From assembly GCA_963841015.1 (NCBI GenBank), contig CAWJAX010000003.1:576001-640000 (forward strand): a stretch of DNA of 64,000 nt, written 5' to 3'. Under the pieces are notes generated by a model. It was not told the DNA's origin, searched no databases, and saw nothing but the letters and a program-made list of their open reading frames with translations. Position 1 is the first letter of the stretch. Every line of letters starts with the position of its first letter. Shown here one piece after another: positions 54,236 to 64,000 of this stretch. The position numbers were made by a program, and so were the translations under genes. This stretch comes from an uncultured Methanoregulaceae archaeon. GTDB lineage: Archaea > Halobacteriota > Methanomicrobia > Methanomicrobiales > Methanospirillaceae.

Positions 54236-55707
54236 AATATTTTGAAAAACTCCTGATCGCAAACCGCGGAGAAATTGCCATCCGCGTTATGCGGGCATGC
54301 CGGGAACTGGGTATTGAGACGGTAGCGATCTACTCATCCGCTGATAATAACGCCCTTCATGTCAAATATGCAGATGAAGCGTTTCTGGTTGGGGAGGCCC
54401 ATCCTTCAAAAAGTTATCTCAACATTGATAGGATCGTTGATATTGCAAAAAAGAGTGGTGCAGAAGCGATACACCCCGGTTATGGATTTTTAGCGGAGAA
54501 TTACCGGTTTGCTAAGATTTGCAAGGATGAAAATGTCACCTTTGTCGGCCCGGGCTGGAAGACGATAAAAGCGATGGGATCGAAGATCGGCAGCAAACAG
54601 ATGATGAAAGCCGCGGGGGTTCCCGTAGTCCCTGGCACAGAGGGTGGCGTAAAAAGCATCGATGATGCAAAAAAGGTTGCTGCTGGAATTGGCTACCCGG
54701 TAATTATCAAGGCAAGCGCCGGTGGCGGAGGTATTGGCATGCAGATCGTCAATGATGAGCAGAGCCTGGAAGAGGCTATTGCTGCTGCCATGCGCATTGC
54801 AGAGTCTGCATTCGGTGACGCCACGATTTTAATTGAGAAATATCTGGTCAAGCCACGGCATATAGAGTTACAGGTACTAGCAGATGAGCACGGCAATGCA
54901 GTCCATCTGTATGACCGCGAATGTTCGATCCAGCGCCGTCACCAGAAACTCATCGAGGAGGCTCCCTCACCTGTTATGACACCGGATTTGCGTGACAGGA
55001 TGTCAGCATCAGCGCTGAAGGTTGCCGAAGTATCCGGTTATACAAATGCAGGAACAGTTGAGTTCCTGTATAGCAACGGAAACTATTATTTCATGGAAAT
55101 GAACACACGTCTGCAGGTCGAACATACGATAACTGAATTTATCACAGGTGTTGATATTGTAAGGCAACAGATCGCGATTGCTGCCGGTGAGTCACTACCC
55201 TTTGACCAGTCCGATCTCTCCATCCGAGGGCATGCAATCGAATGCAGAATTAATGCAGAAGACCCCATAAATAATTTTTCCGCCGATCCGGGAAAAATTA
55301 CCCGATACCGTTCACCTGGAGGACCTGGCATAAGGATTGACAGTGGCATCCATATGGGATACAGGATCCCCCCAAATTATGACTCAATGATCGCTAAGCT
55401 TTGTGCCTGGGACAGGACAAGAGGTGAAGCGATAGCAAGGATGCGTCGTGCAATTTCTGAATATATCATTCTTGGGATCAAAACTACGCTCCCCCTCCAC
55501 TATGCAATTATGAACAATCCGCAGTATATTGCAGGAAATACCCACACGCACTTTTTACAAGAGGAGCATATCCTCACTACGCTCGATCGGTATAAACGTG
55601 ATGAGGAGACACGGATGCAGACACTTGCTGGATCCTTTGGAGAAGGTAAAAAAGTTGCTGCGATAACTGCTGCAGTGAACATGTATCTTCAACCAAAAAA
55701 GGACTGA
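54232..55707 (+). CDS. pycA: Pyruvate carboxylase subunit A (biotin carboxylase)
   Basis: IANRGEIA.R, HPGYGFLAEN, GGGGIGM, RECSIQRRHQK, EMNTRLQVEH. Confidence 0.94.
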   Translation: MKYFEKLLIANRGEIAIRVMRACRELGIETVAIYSSADNNALHVKYADEAFLVGEAHPSKSYLNIDRIVDIAKKSGAEAIHPGYGFLAENYRFAKICKDENVTFVGPGWKTIKAMGSKIGSKQMMKAAGVPVVPGTEGGVKSIDDAKKVAAGIGYPVIIKASAGGGGIGMQIVNDEQSLEEAIAAAMRIAESAFGDATILIEKYLVKPRHIELQVLADEHGNAVHLYDRECSIQRRHQKLIEEAPSPVMTPDLRDRMSASALKVAEVSGYTNAGTVEFLYSNGNYYFMEMNTRLQVEHTITEFITGVDIVRQQIAIAAGESLPFDQSDLSIRGHAIECRINAEDPINNFSADPGKITRYRSPGGPGIRIDSGIHMGYRIPPNYDSMIAKLCAWDRTRGEAIARMRRAISEYIILGIKTTLPLHYAIMNNPQYIAGNTHTHFLQEEHILTTLDRYKRDEETRMQTLAGSFGEGKKVAAITAAVNMYLQPKKD

Positions 55708-55728
55708 TGCTCGATTAAAACCCCGCAT

Positions 55729-55743
55729 CAGAACCTTTAATAG
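55729..55743 (+). promoter_or_regulatory. Putative archaeal BRE/TATA promoter of tRNA-Met
   Basis: CAGAACC-TTTAATAG about 32-39 nt upstream of the mature tRNA 5' end. Confidence 0.5.
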
Positions 55744-55774
55744 TTTTTACGGCGTTCATACTATGCACTTTTGT

Positions 55775-55887
55775 GCTGCGGTGGCCTAGCTGGTTAGGGC
55801 GCCAGACTCATAGGGTTTAAGAATACAATCATGTATTCACAGCTTTGAGAGATCTGGAGATCGGGGGATCGTAACCCTCCCGCAGCA
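55775..55887 (+). tRNA. tRNA-Met (CAT, elongator type) with 39-nt intron 55813..55851 at position 37/38
   Basis: Acceptor GCTGCGG/CCGCAGC+A; anticodon stem CCAGA/TCTGG; CAT at 55809-11; bulge-helix-bulge (CTCA:TGAG helix, bulges TAG and AGA). G1-C72 argues against an initiator. Confidence 0.9.
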
Positions 55888-56050
55888 TAGTAAATAGTTC
55901 TTAAATTCACTCCTTTCACATGGTTTTTAAAATCTTCCCTCTCTCTACCAGGACAGAAAATCCTTAAAATTTAGTGATTTTATTATTTTCACCGGCGATA
56001 AATTTATTTACCGCATCACCCAACAAAGTTACGTACATTGATGTGAGACT

Positions 56051-56551
56051 ATGCTGTTAACAAACGTTGTTGTAGGATTAATCCAGTTAATTATTTCCAT
56101 TATTTTTGCCGTCCTGGCACTGTATATTGGTTTTGCAGTGCTCAGTAAAATCAACAAAAATATGGATGAAGAGAAAGAAATCGCACGAGGGAATGTTGCC
56201 GTAGGAATTATTGTTGCAGCAGTTTTTGTCGCAATTGCCCTTGTAGTACAGTCCGGGGTATCAGGGCTTTCCGTGGGGATTAACAAGGCAATAAACATAG
56301 GAGTTTTTTCTGTCGATGGACTCCTCGCTATTGGTACGGCATTCATCCAGCTTATACTCGGTATTGTTCTGGCTGTCGGGGCGATCTACCTTGCCCTTTA
56401 TGTTCTCTCCAAACTGACAAAAGGGGTTGACGAGTTTGCTGAGATCAAAAAAGGCAATATGGCAGTCGCTCTTATGATGGGGGGTGTAATTATTGCGGTT
56501 GCGGTAATTATCCAGTCCGGTGTGATTGGCATCACGGCAGCACTGATATAA
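56051..56551 (+). CDS. DUF350-type membrane protein (internal duplication)
   Basis: Two copies of (D)E..EI..GN.AV.. followed by TM helices. Confidence 0.75.
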   Translation: MLLTNVVVGLIQLIISIIFAVLALYIGFAVLSKINKNMDEEKEIARGNVAVGIIVAAVFVAIALVVQSGVSGLSVGINKAINIGVFSVDGLLAIGTAFIQLILGIVLAVGAIYLALYVLSKLTKGVDEFAEIKKGNMAVALMMGGVIIAVAVIIQSGVIGITAALI

Positions 56552-56807
56552 AATTCTCCTTTTTTTATCATAGAAATCGAAGAAAAAAAATGGTTCTGTA
56601 GAATTCCTTTTCTATGATTTGAAATATTAAACCCAGGTAAGAAGACAGAGGGGACAGTGCCTGTCCATTCATACGCCCCTGCGCTTATCACGATTATAAC
56701 GTAATACCTGTTCAGGAGTTATCTCATTCTGGGGGGAAAGCGATGGGGGTGATAACCCCGCGAGCGTTTAGCCTGTTATTGAGTATTTAAAAGAGCAAAA
56801 AAATCGT

Positions 56808-58034
56808 TTATTTCCCATACCGGTTTATCGTACGGATCAAGTCCGCAAATCCATCCATCTCCATCTCAAGAACCTGTTCACGGGTCATCCCCATACTCGT
56901 TTCAGCATCCGCAGTCAGCATTTCGGGACCGCGGATTAGCTGGCGATTGATACCATCTGAAGAGAGCACATCCTGTGCTTCTGCATCGTGAACAAAGGCC
57001 CGGCCAGGAATAATTACAACGGGTTCAAGACCAGAAAGGTCCAATTCATGGAAATCATTAATCGTTATAAGACACGCAATTTCCTTGTTTACAGGAGTAA
57101 CGGGAACTTTCGATCCACACGAAGCCAGAATTTTTTCAATATACGGTGCTGCAATACTCCCGCTGATCACTGATGCCCGGTGTTGAATGCGGGGGAGATT
57201 TTTTAATAAATCTGGTTCATGAAGGATTGCAAACGGTGAACCAATATCAGGATCCCACAGAGGGGTTCCGGAGATTTTGAGGGTAAACCTGCGATCCAGA
57301 CCGGAGATAAGATCCCGGAATGATTCAACCGTCTGGACTTGCTGATTGTTGATGATGGGACCATTACCAAGAACAAGCCCCTGTTCTACAGTATTGGCAA
57401 ACCTCATCAGGATTATACCTTTTGCTCCATGGTCCTGGAGCCATTCGCAGGTTTGTTCGAGCACAAGACCATCATTGATTCCCGGCAGGATAACGGCAGC
57501 TGCATATACATCAACATTATTGCACAATTTTTCGAGAATTGTAAGAGAAACTTCGGGAGTCGGATCGTGCATGTAGCGCTTTCTGAGAGCGGGATCTGTT
57601 GCAAAGACCGTGAAGGACAATTCAGAAAGACCATTGTCAATGAGCAGATCTGCAATGGCCGGATCATCCCATCCTTTACCGCTCGTGTATCCAATGTGGA
57701 GAGGAGCCTCCATGCTGCCGAGGAGTTCAATCAGTTCATTGAACCGGGGATAGCAGCTGGGATCCCCGCCACCGCTGATGGTGATCCGTTCAAGATCCCC
57801 GCTTTTTCCCTGCAAGTTTGCAAGCGTTTCGTCCGCGATTGTCTTGAGATCCTTAAACCCGCTGTACTCTTCCCTGATTCCACGGGTACAGTAATCACAG
57901 CCTTTTTTAAACGGCAGACAGTATCTGCACCCAAGTGGCTGGACACCACGGACTTTCTTAAAATAACAATATTCGCAGAATCCGCGGCAGTTGATACCGG
58001 GGCTCCCTCCAATATCCACGGTCAGGTGTGCCAT
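56808..58034 (-). CDS. mmp10: Methanogenesis marker protein 10, radical SAM/cobalamin MCR arginine methyltransferase
   Basis: DIGG.PG.NCRGFCEYCYF, GCRYC....GCDYC, GGGDPSCYP, LMRFAN..EQGL.LGN, PGRAFVHD, RGP..LT.D.E. Confidence 0.92.
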   Translation of the reverse strand: MAHLTVDIGGSPGINCRGFCEYCYFKKVRGVQPLGCRYCLPFKKGCDYCTRGIREEYSGFKDLKTIADETLANLQGKSGDLERITISGGGDPSCYPRFNELIELLGSMEAPLHIGYTSGKGWDDPAIADLLIDNGLSELSFTVFATDPALRKRYMHDPTPEVSLTILEKLCNNVDVYAAAVILPGINDGLVLEQTCEWLQDHGAKGIILMRFANTVEQGLVLGNGPIINNQQVQTVESFRDLISGLDRRFTLKISGTPLWDPDIGSPFAILHEPDLLKNLPRIQHRASVISGSIAAPYIEKILASCGSKVPVTPVNKEIACLITINDFHELDLSGLEPVVIIPGRAFVHDAEAQDVLSSDGINRQLIRGPEMLTADAETSMGMTREQVLEMEMDGFADLIRTINRYGK

Positions 58035-58189
58035 CAGTAGTAATTAGTCTGCTCTTGTTCCTAAATGTGTTTGGAAATTATACTGAAATCTGAGGTAATC
58101 ATAAAAAATAAAATGTACCGTTATTTAAAGGAAAGATAGAAGCACGGTAGCACCATCTTTTTTACTATCAAATGTCTAAATACTATGGC

Positions 58190-58262
58190 GCCTCAGTGGC
58201 TTAGTTGGCAGAGCGGCTGACTTGTAATCAGCAGGTCCCGTGTTCAAATCACGGCTGAGGCT
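58190..58262 (+). tRNA. tRNA-Thr (TGT)
   Basis: Acceptor GCCTCAG/CTGAGGC+T; anticodon stem GCTGA/TCAGC with loop CT-TGT-AA; T arm CCGTG-TTCAAAT-CACGG. Confidence 0.95.
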
Positions 58263-58842
58263 TGGGTTCAAATTAACGTTATTTTTTGATTTTGAACTAA
58301 ATTTGAGGATATTTTATAGATTTAGTGCTTTTTGAGATTTGAACACAAACTCCATTTTCTGAATATTCCCATATAAAGTAACAAGCAACAATGTGTAACA
58401 GAACCTGCACATTTGTCCGAAAGAAAGCGACGAACAGGATACGGAGTAGGATAGAGGAGAAGCGGGCCGGAACAACCGCTGACGCTGGAGTATCGCAAGA
58501 AATCAGAGATGTCATCATCCCAACAGGAAACTCCAGAAAGTAGTGAGGTGAGGTGAGCGGAACGGGTGCGAGCCCGTGGAAACGCACATGATCGAGCGTC
58601 TCCGGCATGTCATGGATACCTGCAGATGTATTTCGGCAAAAGGGAGAAGAGCAAAGACCGCGGTCACAAAGAGCAAGCCTGCCGGGAAATGTTCAAGGAG
58701 GATTTTCCTTTACCTCCTGTCATTCCGGAACTGAGCAGGACGCCATTCTCTCTGTCTCCGGTCATTGTCAGAAGGGGTGGGTATTCATTGGGCAGGCGCG
58801 AGAATTACCTGCCGGGACCGGAGCTGCCGCAGAAACGGACCG

Positions 58843-60348
58843 TCATTTCTCCATCAGATGTTCATTTTGCTCTGAACCTTTTTCATCCTCCCCGGTTCCG
58901 GTAATCCCCAGCACTGGAAACCTGAGCATGTACCGCAGCCCCCCGACCGTAGACAGGTTACGCATCTCGCGGCTGACCTGTGCAATCAGCTCCCGGACAA
59001 CAACCCGGTCCTCGACCTCCCCGGATTCCCTGACATACGCGAGCCGGTGGATCGAGTAGATCCCGATAAGAAACGCAAAGACAAAGAAAAAGTCCCAGTA
59101 CTGGAGGTCCAGCGTCTGGAGGGTAAAAGCAGTTCCCGGGCTTTTCCAGTTTAAAGTGAGCGAGAGTTCGGTTGCCTTAAACGAATCGACAAACATCCCT
59201 CCGATGACTGGTGCAATACCGGCTGCAAGGGAGTTGATAATGTTCATCGTGGCAAGGTACGCGGTTGCGCTGCCATGGGGCGCAAGCTTAAGCCCGATGT
59301 TTGCCGATGCGAGCGTGACCCCTGCTGTCGATACTCCCATCAGGATGTGCAGGGCGATGAGGAGCGGGATGGTCAGCGGGTGCCGGTTGGGCATGGTCGT
59401 AAACGTCCAGCCAAGGATGCAGATCATGAAGAGTGGTCCCGCGACCCGCAGGACGGACTTGTTGCTGAACCGATCGGCAATCCGGCCCCACATGCCATAG
59501 GAGAGCACACTGGAGAGCTGGCTGAGGATAGCAAATGCAATGACCACCGAGATATTGAAGTCGAGCATGACAAGCAGGTAGACCGTAAAAAAGGGAGCGG
59601 CAAGGTTGACCGCAAAGTTCCATGCTCCTAAAAAAGCGATCAACCGGGAGAAGTTTATATCGTGGAATGTAGATCGGACCTGGTCAAGAAGCGGGATTTT
59701 TGGAACTTCTGTCATCAACGGTTCAGGGATCTTTGACATATACCAGATTCCCATGAGACCGGCGACAAAACCCCCAAGGAAGATGACCGAGTAGGCAGTG
59801 CCCGGGGGATACGCCGGGTTCCTCTCAATGAAATCGATAATAAAGCTGGCGGCAAGAGACAGGACAATTCCCACGATAAGGGAGAGGGACATACGGCGGG
59901 AGAAGAAGCTGCCAAGGATCTCCTGGGGTACAAGATCGCGCATCCATGAATTCCAGCTGCAGTGGGAGATGGCAGAGATGCACCCATACAGGACAAGTGA
60001 CAGGATCAGGACGGGCACGGCCGCAGTGGGGCCAAAGAGGAACGGGATGAGGGCAATGACAACCCAGAAGAGCCGTGCGATAATCGAAGCGCCAATGCAG
60101 ATCAGTCGCCGGTTGCGGACCCTTTCCACAACCGAGATCGCGGGCATCTGAATCAGTTCGGCAATCGGAGGGATTGCTGCAAGTAGCCCGATGACCGTGT
60201 TGGACGCACCCAGCTCGAGACCGAATGCAACAAGAAAGATCCCGCTGGTCAGCGTGACCATGGCCTGCGTGGCGAGCCCATCCTTTATGATATACGAGAG
60301 CCCTTTTTTCAACTCGTCTTCGCTTATAGTCTCTTTCGGGTTCAGCAT
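58843..60348 (-). CDS. MFS transporter
   Basis: About 12 hydrophobic segments; WMRDLVP..ILG.FFSRR and WGRIADRFSNK loop motifs; GC-richer than its flanks. Confidence 0.88.
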   Translation of the reverse strand: MLNPKETISEDELKKGLSYIIKDGLATQAMVTLTSGIFLVAFGLELGASNTVIGLLAAIPPIAELIQMPAISVVERVRNRRLICIGASIIARLFWVVIALIPFLFGPTAAVPVLILSLVLYGCISAISHCSWNSWMRDLVPQEILGSFFSRRMSLSLIVGIVLSLAASFIIDFIERNPAYPPGTAYSVIFLGGFVAGLMGIWYMSKIPEPLMTEVPKIPLLDQVRSTFHDINFSRLIAFLGAWNFAVNLAAPFFTVYLLVMLDFNISVVIAFAILSQLSSVLSYGMWGRIADRFSNKSVLRVAGPLFMICILGWTFTTMPNRHPLTIPLLIALHILMGVSTAGVTLASANIGLKLAPHGSATAYLATMNIINSLAAGIAPVIGGMFVDSFKATELSLTLNWKSPGTAFTLQTLDLQYWDFFFVFAFLIGIYSIHRLAYVRESGEVEDRVVVRELIAQVSREMRNLSTVGGLRYMLRFPVLGITGTGEDEKGSEQNEHLMEK

Positions 60349-60647
60349 GGTTACCACACAGGAGCCTGCGGTCCGGATAGGAGTACCGATATTGTACAAA
60401 CCATTTTTCCTGACTTTCTGTTATTGATCGGCAGTTCGAAAAAGATGTCGCTCCTGCAGCCGCGATCTGGACTCCGTTGAGCATAACCCCAAAAAATCAA
60501 TTTTTTACGACGAAATTCTGCGCGTCACTTTTGAGTGCTTTACAAAAATAAGCAAATTTTTAAAGAGGAATATTCAATTATTTCTCAGCGAGAGCATAAT
60601 TCCAAAAATTTTATGAAAAGTTAGTAAAAAATTATTGAATCGAACAT

Positions 60648-60673
60648 CACGTCCCGGTGCTCGGCTGAGGCTT
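60648..60673 (+). repeat. Degenerate direct repeat of the tRNA-Thr 3' end (att-like)
   Basis: CGGCTGAGGCTT at 60662-60673 is identical to 58252-58263. It is preceded by CACGTCCCGGTG, versus CAGGTCCCGTG in the tRNA. Confidence 0.6.
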
Positions 60674-60770
60674 TTGAATTTTTTTACTAATCCAAACAAT
60701 TATTCTCTTTTAAAACAACACAATAGATTCAAATTTTAAACTGCGAATTATTACATATGCGTGATCGCCA

Positions 60771-61817
60771 GTGACAAAAAAAGCATTTATTACCGGTATA
60801 ACAGGTCAGGACGGATCATACCTTGCCGAATTGTTATTATCAAAAGGATACGAAGTCCATGGTCTCATACGAAGATCATCAACGTTCAACACCAGCCGTA
60901 TTGATACAATCTATCTTGATCCGCATGAGCCTCATGCCCGATTATTTTTGTATTACGGAGATCTCTCAGACTCCGAGCAAATTGCAAATGTGATGTACAA
61001 TATCCGACCGGATGAAGTATACCATCTCGGTGCGCAAAGCCATGTCCGGGTCAGTTTTGATACCCCGGAATATACCAGCAATATTACCGCGCTCGGGACT
61101 ACCCGGCTACTTGAAGCGATACGGCGATGTTCATACCCGATAAAATTCTACCAAGCTTCTTCCAGTGAGATGTTCGGGGCAGCACACCCACCCCAGAAAG
61201 AAGACACCCCCTTTCATCCCCGCAGCCCCTATGCCTGTGCCAAGGTATACTCCTACTGGATGACCCGGAATTACCGGGAGGGATACAACGTCTTCGCATC
61301 CAACGGTATTCTCTTTAACCATGAATCGCCACGAAGGGGGGAGACCTTTGTAACCCGCAAGATCACCAGAGCAATTGCAAGAATCCTTGCTGGAAAAGAA
61401 AAAATCCTGTATCTGGGGAACCTCGATGCAAAACGGGACTGGGGATATGCACCGGAGTACGTGGATTGTATGTGGCGGATCCTGCAGCAGGAAAAGCCAG
61501 ATGATTTTGTGATTGGTACCGGGGAGACCCATTCCGTCCGAGAATTTGTCCACGAAGCATTCGCATATGCCGGTCTTGATGTTGAGGAATATGTAAAAAT
61601 TGATCAGAAATATTTCCGTCCGACTGAAGTTGATGTACTTATCGCAAATCCAAAAAAATCTGAAAAAATACTTGGCTGGAAACCTTCAATTAAGTTTGGC
61701 GATCTGGTAAAAATCATGGTCGATGCTGATATGAAAGCAGCTGGACTGGAACCAATTGGTGATGCGGATAAAATAATCTCTTCAAAATTCCCGAATCGCT
61801 GGTGGAACGCTGATTGA
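60771..61817 (+). CDS. gmd: GDP-mannose 4,6-dehydratase
   Basis: [55 protein letters not shown]. Confidence 0.96.
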   Translation: MTKKAFITGITGQDGSYLAELLLSKGYEVHGLIRRSSTFNTSRIDTIYLDPHEPHARLFLYYGDLSDSEQIANVMYNIRPDEVYHLGAQSHVRVSFDTPEYTSNITALGTTRLLEAIRRCSYPIKFYQASSSEMFGAAHPPQKEDTPFHPRSPYACAKVYSYWMTRNYREGYNVFASNGILFNHESPRRGETFVTRKITRAIARILAGKEKILYLGNLDAKRDWGYAPEYVDCMWRILQQEKPDDFVIGTGETHSVREFVHEAFAYAGLDVEEYVKIDQKYFRPTEVDVLIANPKKSEKILGWKPSIKFGDLVKIMVDADMKAAGLEPIGDADKIISSKFPNRWWNAD

Positions 61818-61938
61818 TTCATGGGGGATGAAGTGCTCCCAAATCCCATACATACATAAAACTGGAGCATCAATAATTCTGTAATAAAAAGAAAATATTT
61901 GTACTATTTAAACTTCAGTCAATGGTTGGGACACACCT

Positions 61939-62913
61939 ATGACATTCTGGTCCGATAAAAAAATACTCATCACTGGTGGTGCTGGTTTTTTTGGATCCCA
62001 AGTTGTCAATCAACTTCTTGAAAACGGGGTTCTGAAAGAAAATATTCTGATACCACGGAGTAAAGAGATTGATTTGCGGAAATGGGAAAACTGTGTGCGG
62101 GTAGTGAAAGAATGTGATATTGTTATTCATCTTGCCGCAAAAGTAGGGGGAATTGGATTCAACCTGAACTTCCCAGGACAACTTTTCTATGACAATGCTA
62201 TCATGGGAATCCAGATGATTGAAGCAGCACGGCAAGAGGGGGTAGGGAAGTGTGTAATCGTTGGTACGATCTGTGCCTATCCGAAATTTACCCCAGTCCC
62301 GTTCAATGAAAATAATCTCTGGAATGGATATCCGGAAGAAACAAACGCTCCCTACGGACTCGCAAAAAAGATGCTCCTTGTCCAGTCACAGGCATACCGG
62401 CAGGAATACGGATTTAATTCTATCTATCTTCTTCCTGTCAACCTGTATGGTCCGGGAGACAATTTTGATCCCGCGAGTTCTCATGTTATTCCTGCACTCA
62501 TCAAAAAATTCACCGAGGCCAAACGACAAAACAAATCCAGTGTGGATGTTTGGGGCACCGGCGCGGCATCAAGGGAGTTCTTGTATGTTGATGACGCAGC
62601 ACGGGGAATTATTCTTGCCACGGAACGATACAACAAACCTGACCCGGTAAACCTGGGAGCGGGCATGGAAATTACCATCCGGGATCTTGTGGCTCTTTTA
62701 AAGGAATTGACAGATTATACAGGCGAAATCCATTGGGATACTACAAAACCGGATGGCCAGCCGAAGCGCAGTCTGGATGTGAGCCGGGCACAAAAAGAGT
62801 TCGGATTTACGGCAAAGATGCCATTCAGGGAAGGATTGAAACGGACGTTTGATTGGTATAAAGCGCATTCGTCGAGGCCAGCTCAAGATGAGTGGTCAGC
62901 AGATTATTGTTAA
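61939..62913 (+). CDS. fcl: GDP-L-fucose synthase
   Basis: [50 protein letters not shown]. Confidence 0.92.
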   Translation: MTFWSDKKILITGGAGFFGSQVVNQLLENGVLKENILIPRSKEIDLRKWENCVRVVKECDIVIHLAAKVGGIGFNLNFPGQLFYDNAIMGIQMIEAARQEGVGKCVIVGTICAYPKFTPVPFNENNLWNGYPEETNAPYGLAKKMLLVQSQAYRQEYGFNSIYLLPVNLYGPGDNFDPASSHVIPALIKKFTEAKRQNKSSVDVWGTGAASREFLYVDDAARGIILATERYNKPDPVNLGAGMEITIRDLVALLKELTDYTGEIHWDTTKPDGQPKRSLDVSRAQKEFGFTAKMPFREGLKRTFDWYKAHSSRPAQDEWSADYC

Positions 62914-63153
62914 ACCACAACAATCTCATAAGAAAAAGACAGATTCAAGAACAGAAGATATGGTAAGTTTCTTGATTTAGATTCAATTACAACAAAAGAG
63001 AACCCAATTATTCCATTGAATATAGTTTTCAGGTTTTCAGGAATGCCAATTTTTTTCAAAATTATTCTTTCTTTAGCCGCTTCACGAAATCATTAACAAT
63101 TTTCTCGACAATTTTACTATGTGCTATCAGATTTTTTTTTCATCTCTCGTCTA

Positions 63154-64000
63154 ATGAAAATCGGCTCAATCCAGCGACAGAGCGTAATATCACTTTCAAC
63201 AACCATTGCACTGACGGTTATTGGATTTCTCTCAACGATATATTTTGCCCACACCCTCGGACCGGAACCACTTGGTGCTTACTTCCTTTTCCTGGCGTAT
63301 TTTGGAATTCTGAATCTGGTAGGTGACGGTGGTTTTGGAGGGGCGGCAGTTAAAAGAATATCTGAGGGAAAAGAACGCGATAAATATTTTTCGGCATTTT
63401 CCTTAATAAGAATTATCCTTATTGCCTTATCGGTCTCATTTTTGTTGGTTGCAGAACCCTATTTTAAAGATCTCACTTCATCCGGAGTTTTTTTCTGGCT
63501 CATGTTAGCCCTTCTCGTATCCGTTTTTTCAAGCATTTCTGGAATTGGAGTATACGGATCTGGTAAAGTGGGTGTATATCAGATAAGTACATTTGCGGAC
63601 GCACTTGTGCGAACGATTTTACAAATTACCTCAGTGTTTCTCGGGTTTGGCGTAGCAGGGCTAGCCGGGGGTTTTGTTGGAGGGGTCATTGCCGGGGGGC
63701 TGTTGAATCTTCGGTACCTTGACCTCAAATTTGTCTGGTTCGGGTTATCGCATCTAAAAAATCTGTTCGGTTTTTCATTCTGGATATTCTTAACTGCAAG
63801 TGGTTCATTGGTGTTTTGCTATGCCGATACCATACTCATCGGATATTATATGAGTAATGCGGATGTCGGGATTTATCGCACTGCATTTCAGCTTACTTCT
63901 GTCGCCACATTTGCAACATTAGCGTTCCATACCGTTCTATATCCAAGAATCAGTAATTGGGGGACACAAGGAAAGATTGCAGAAATTGAGAATTCTCTCG
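63154..64000 (+). CDS. Wzx-type oligosaccharide flippase (partial, runs off window end)
   Basis: Manual translation MKIGSIQRQSVISLSTTIALTVIGFLSTIYFAHTLGPEPLGAYFLF...GFGGAAVKRISEG...YADTILIGY....DVGIYR.A; open to the window end. Confidence 0.85.
   Translation, partial: MKIGSIQRQSVISLSTTIALTVIGFLSTIYFAHTLGPEPLGAYFLFLAYFGILNLVGDGGFGGAAVKRISEGKERDKYFSAFSLIRIILIALSVSFLLVAEPYFKDLTSSGVFFWLMLALLVSVFSSISGIGVYGSGKVGVYQISTFADALVRTILQITSVFLGFGVAGLAGGFVGGVIAGGLLNLRYLDLKFVWFGLSHLKNLFGFSFWIFLTASGSLVFCYADTILIGYYMSNADVGIYRTAFQLTSVATFATLAFHTVLYPRISNWGTQGKIAEIENSL

Noticed and set aside
55775-55887. tRNA(CAT) as initiator Met or Ile2
   Set aside because: It has G1-C72 and lacks the three consecutive G-C pairs in the anticodon stem. 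The canonical-position intron fits euryarchaeal elongator tRNA-Met, although Ile2 is not strictly excluded.
57339-58040. Long alternative ORFs such as 57339..58040 (+), 17833..18588 (+), 59825..60484 (-) and 5765..6340 (+)
   Set aside because: Antisense or off-frame shadows of well-supported genes, with no recognisable motifs
58297-58840. Short ORFs between tRNA-Thr and the MFS gene as an integrase fragment
   Set aside because: No tyrosine or serine recombinase motif recognisable in the frames examined

Overview
Gene-dense chromosomal fragment of a methanogenic euryarchaeon, most consistent with Methanomicrobiales (Methanoregula-like). The taxonomy is inferred from Mmp10, PdaD, DUF2111, archaeal two-subunit pyruvate carboxylase, an intron-containing tRNA-Met with a bulge-helix-bulge motif, and bacterial-type MutS. 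Layout: (1-11 kb) mutS, mixed hydrolases, a 2H-phosphoesterase/metallophosphoesterase fusion and an orphan IrrE-like peptidase. (11.2-19.4 kb) A compact minus-strand operon acsB-acsD-acsC-RACo-core methionine synthase-cooC/acsF with no CO dehydrogenase and no AcsE in the window. This is the best candidate for an unusual system: acetyl-CoA cleavage wired directly to methionine synthesis. (21.4-43.5 kb) A mosaic surface-glycan locus with dTDP-rhamnose genes, Wzm/Wzt, a double-methyltransferase/GT2/coiled-coil protein, Ugd/GalU/Uxs and several decayed IS fragments. (43.6-48.2 kb) Two secreted proteins sharing a PKD + 5x45-aa repeat tail. (48.5-55.7 kb) Biotin ligase/BioY-ECF/pyruvate carboxylase cluster. 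Then tRNA-Met, Mmp10, tRNA-Thr followed by a small GC-rich insert bounded by a copy of the tRNA 3' end, and a GDP-fucose/flippase locus. Several genes carry single-base frameshifts, nearly all +1 insertions, which look like sequencing errors rather than biology. All calls come from motif recognition by eye; no searches were run.
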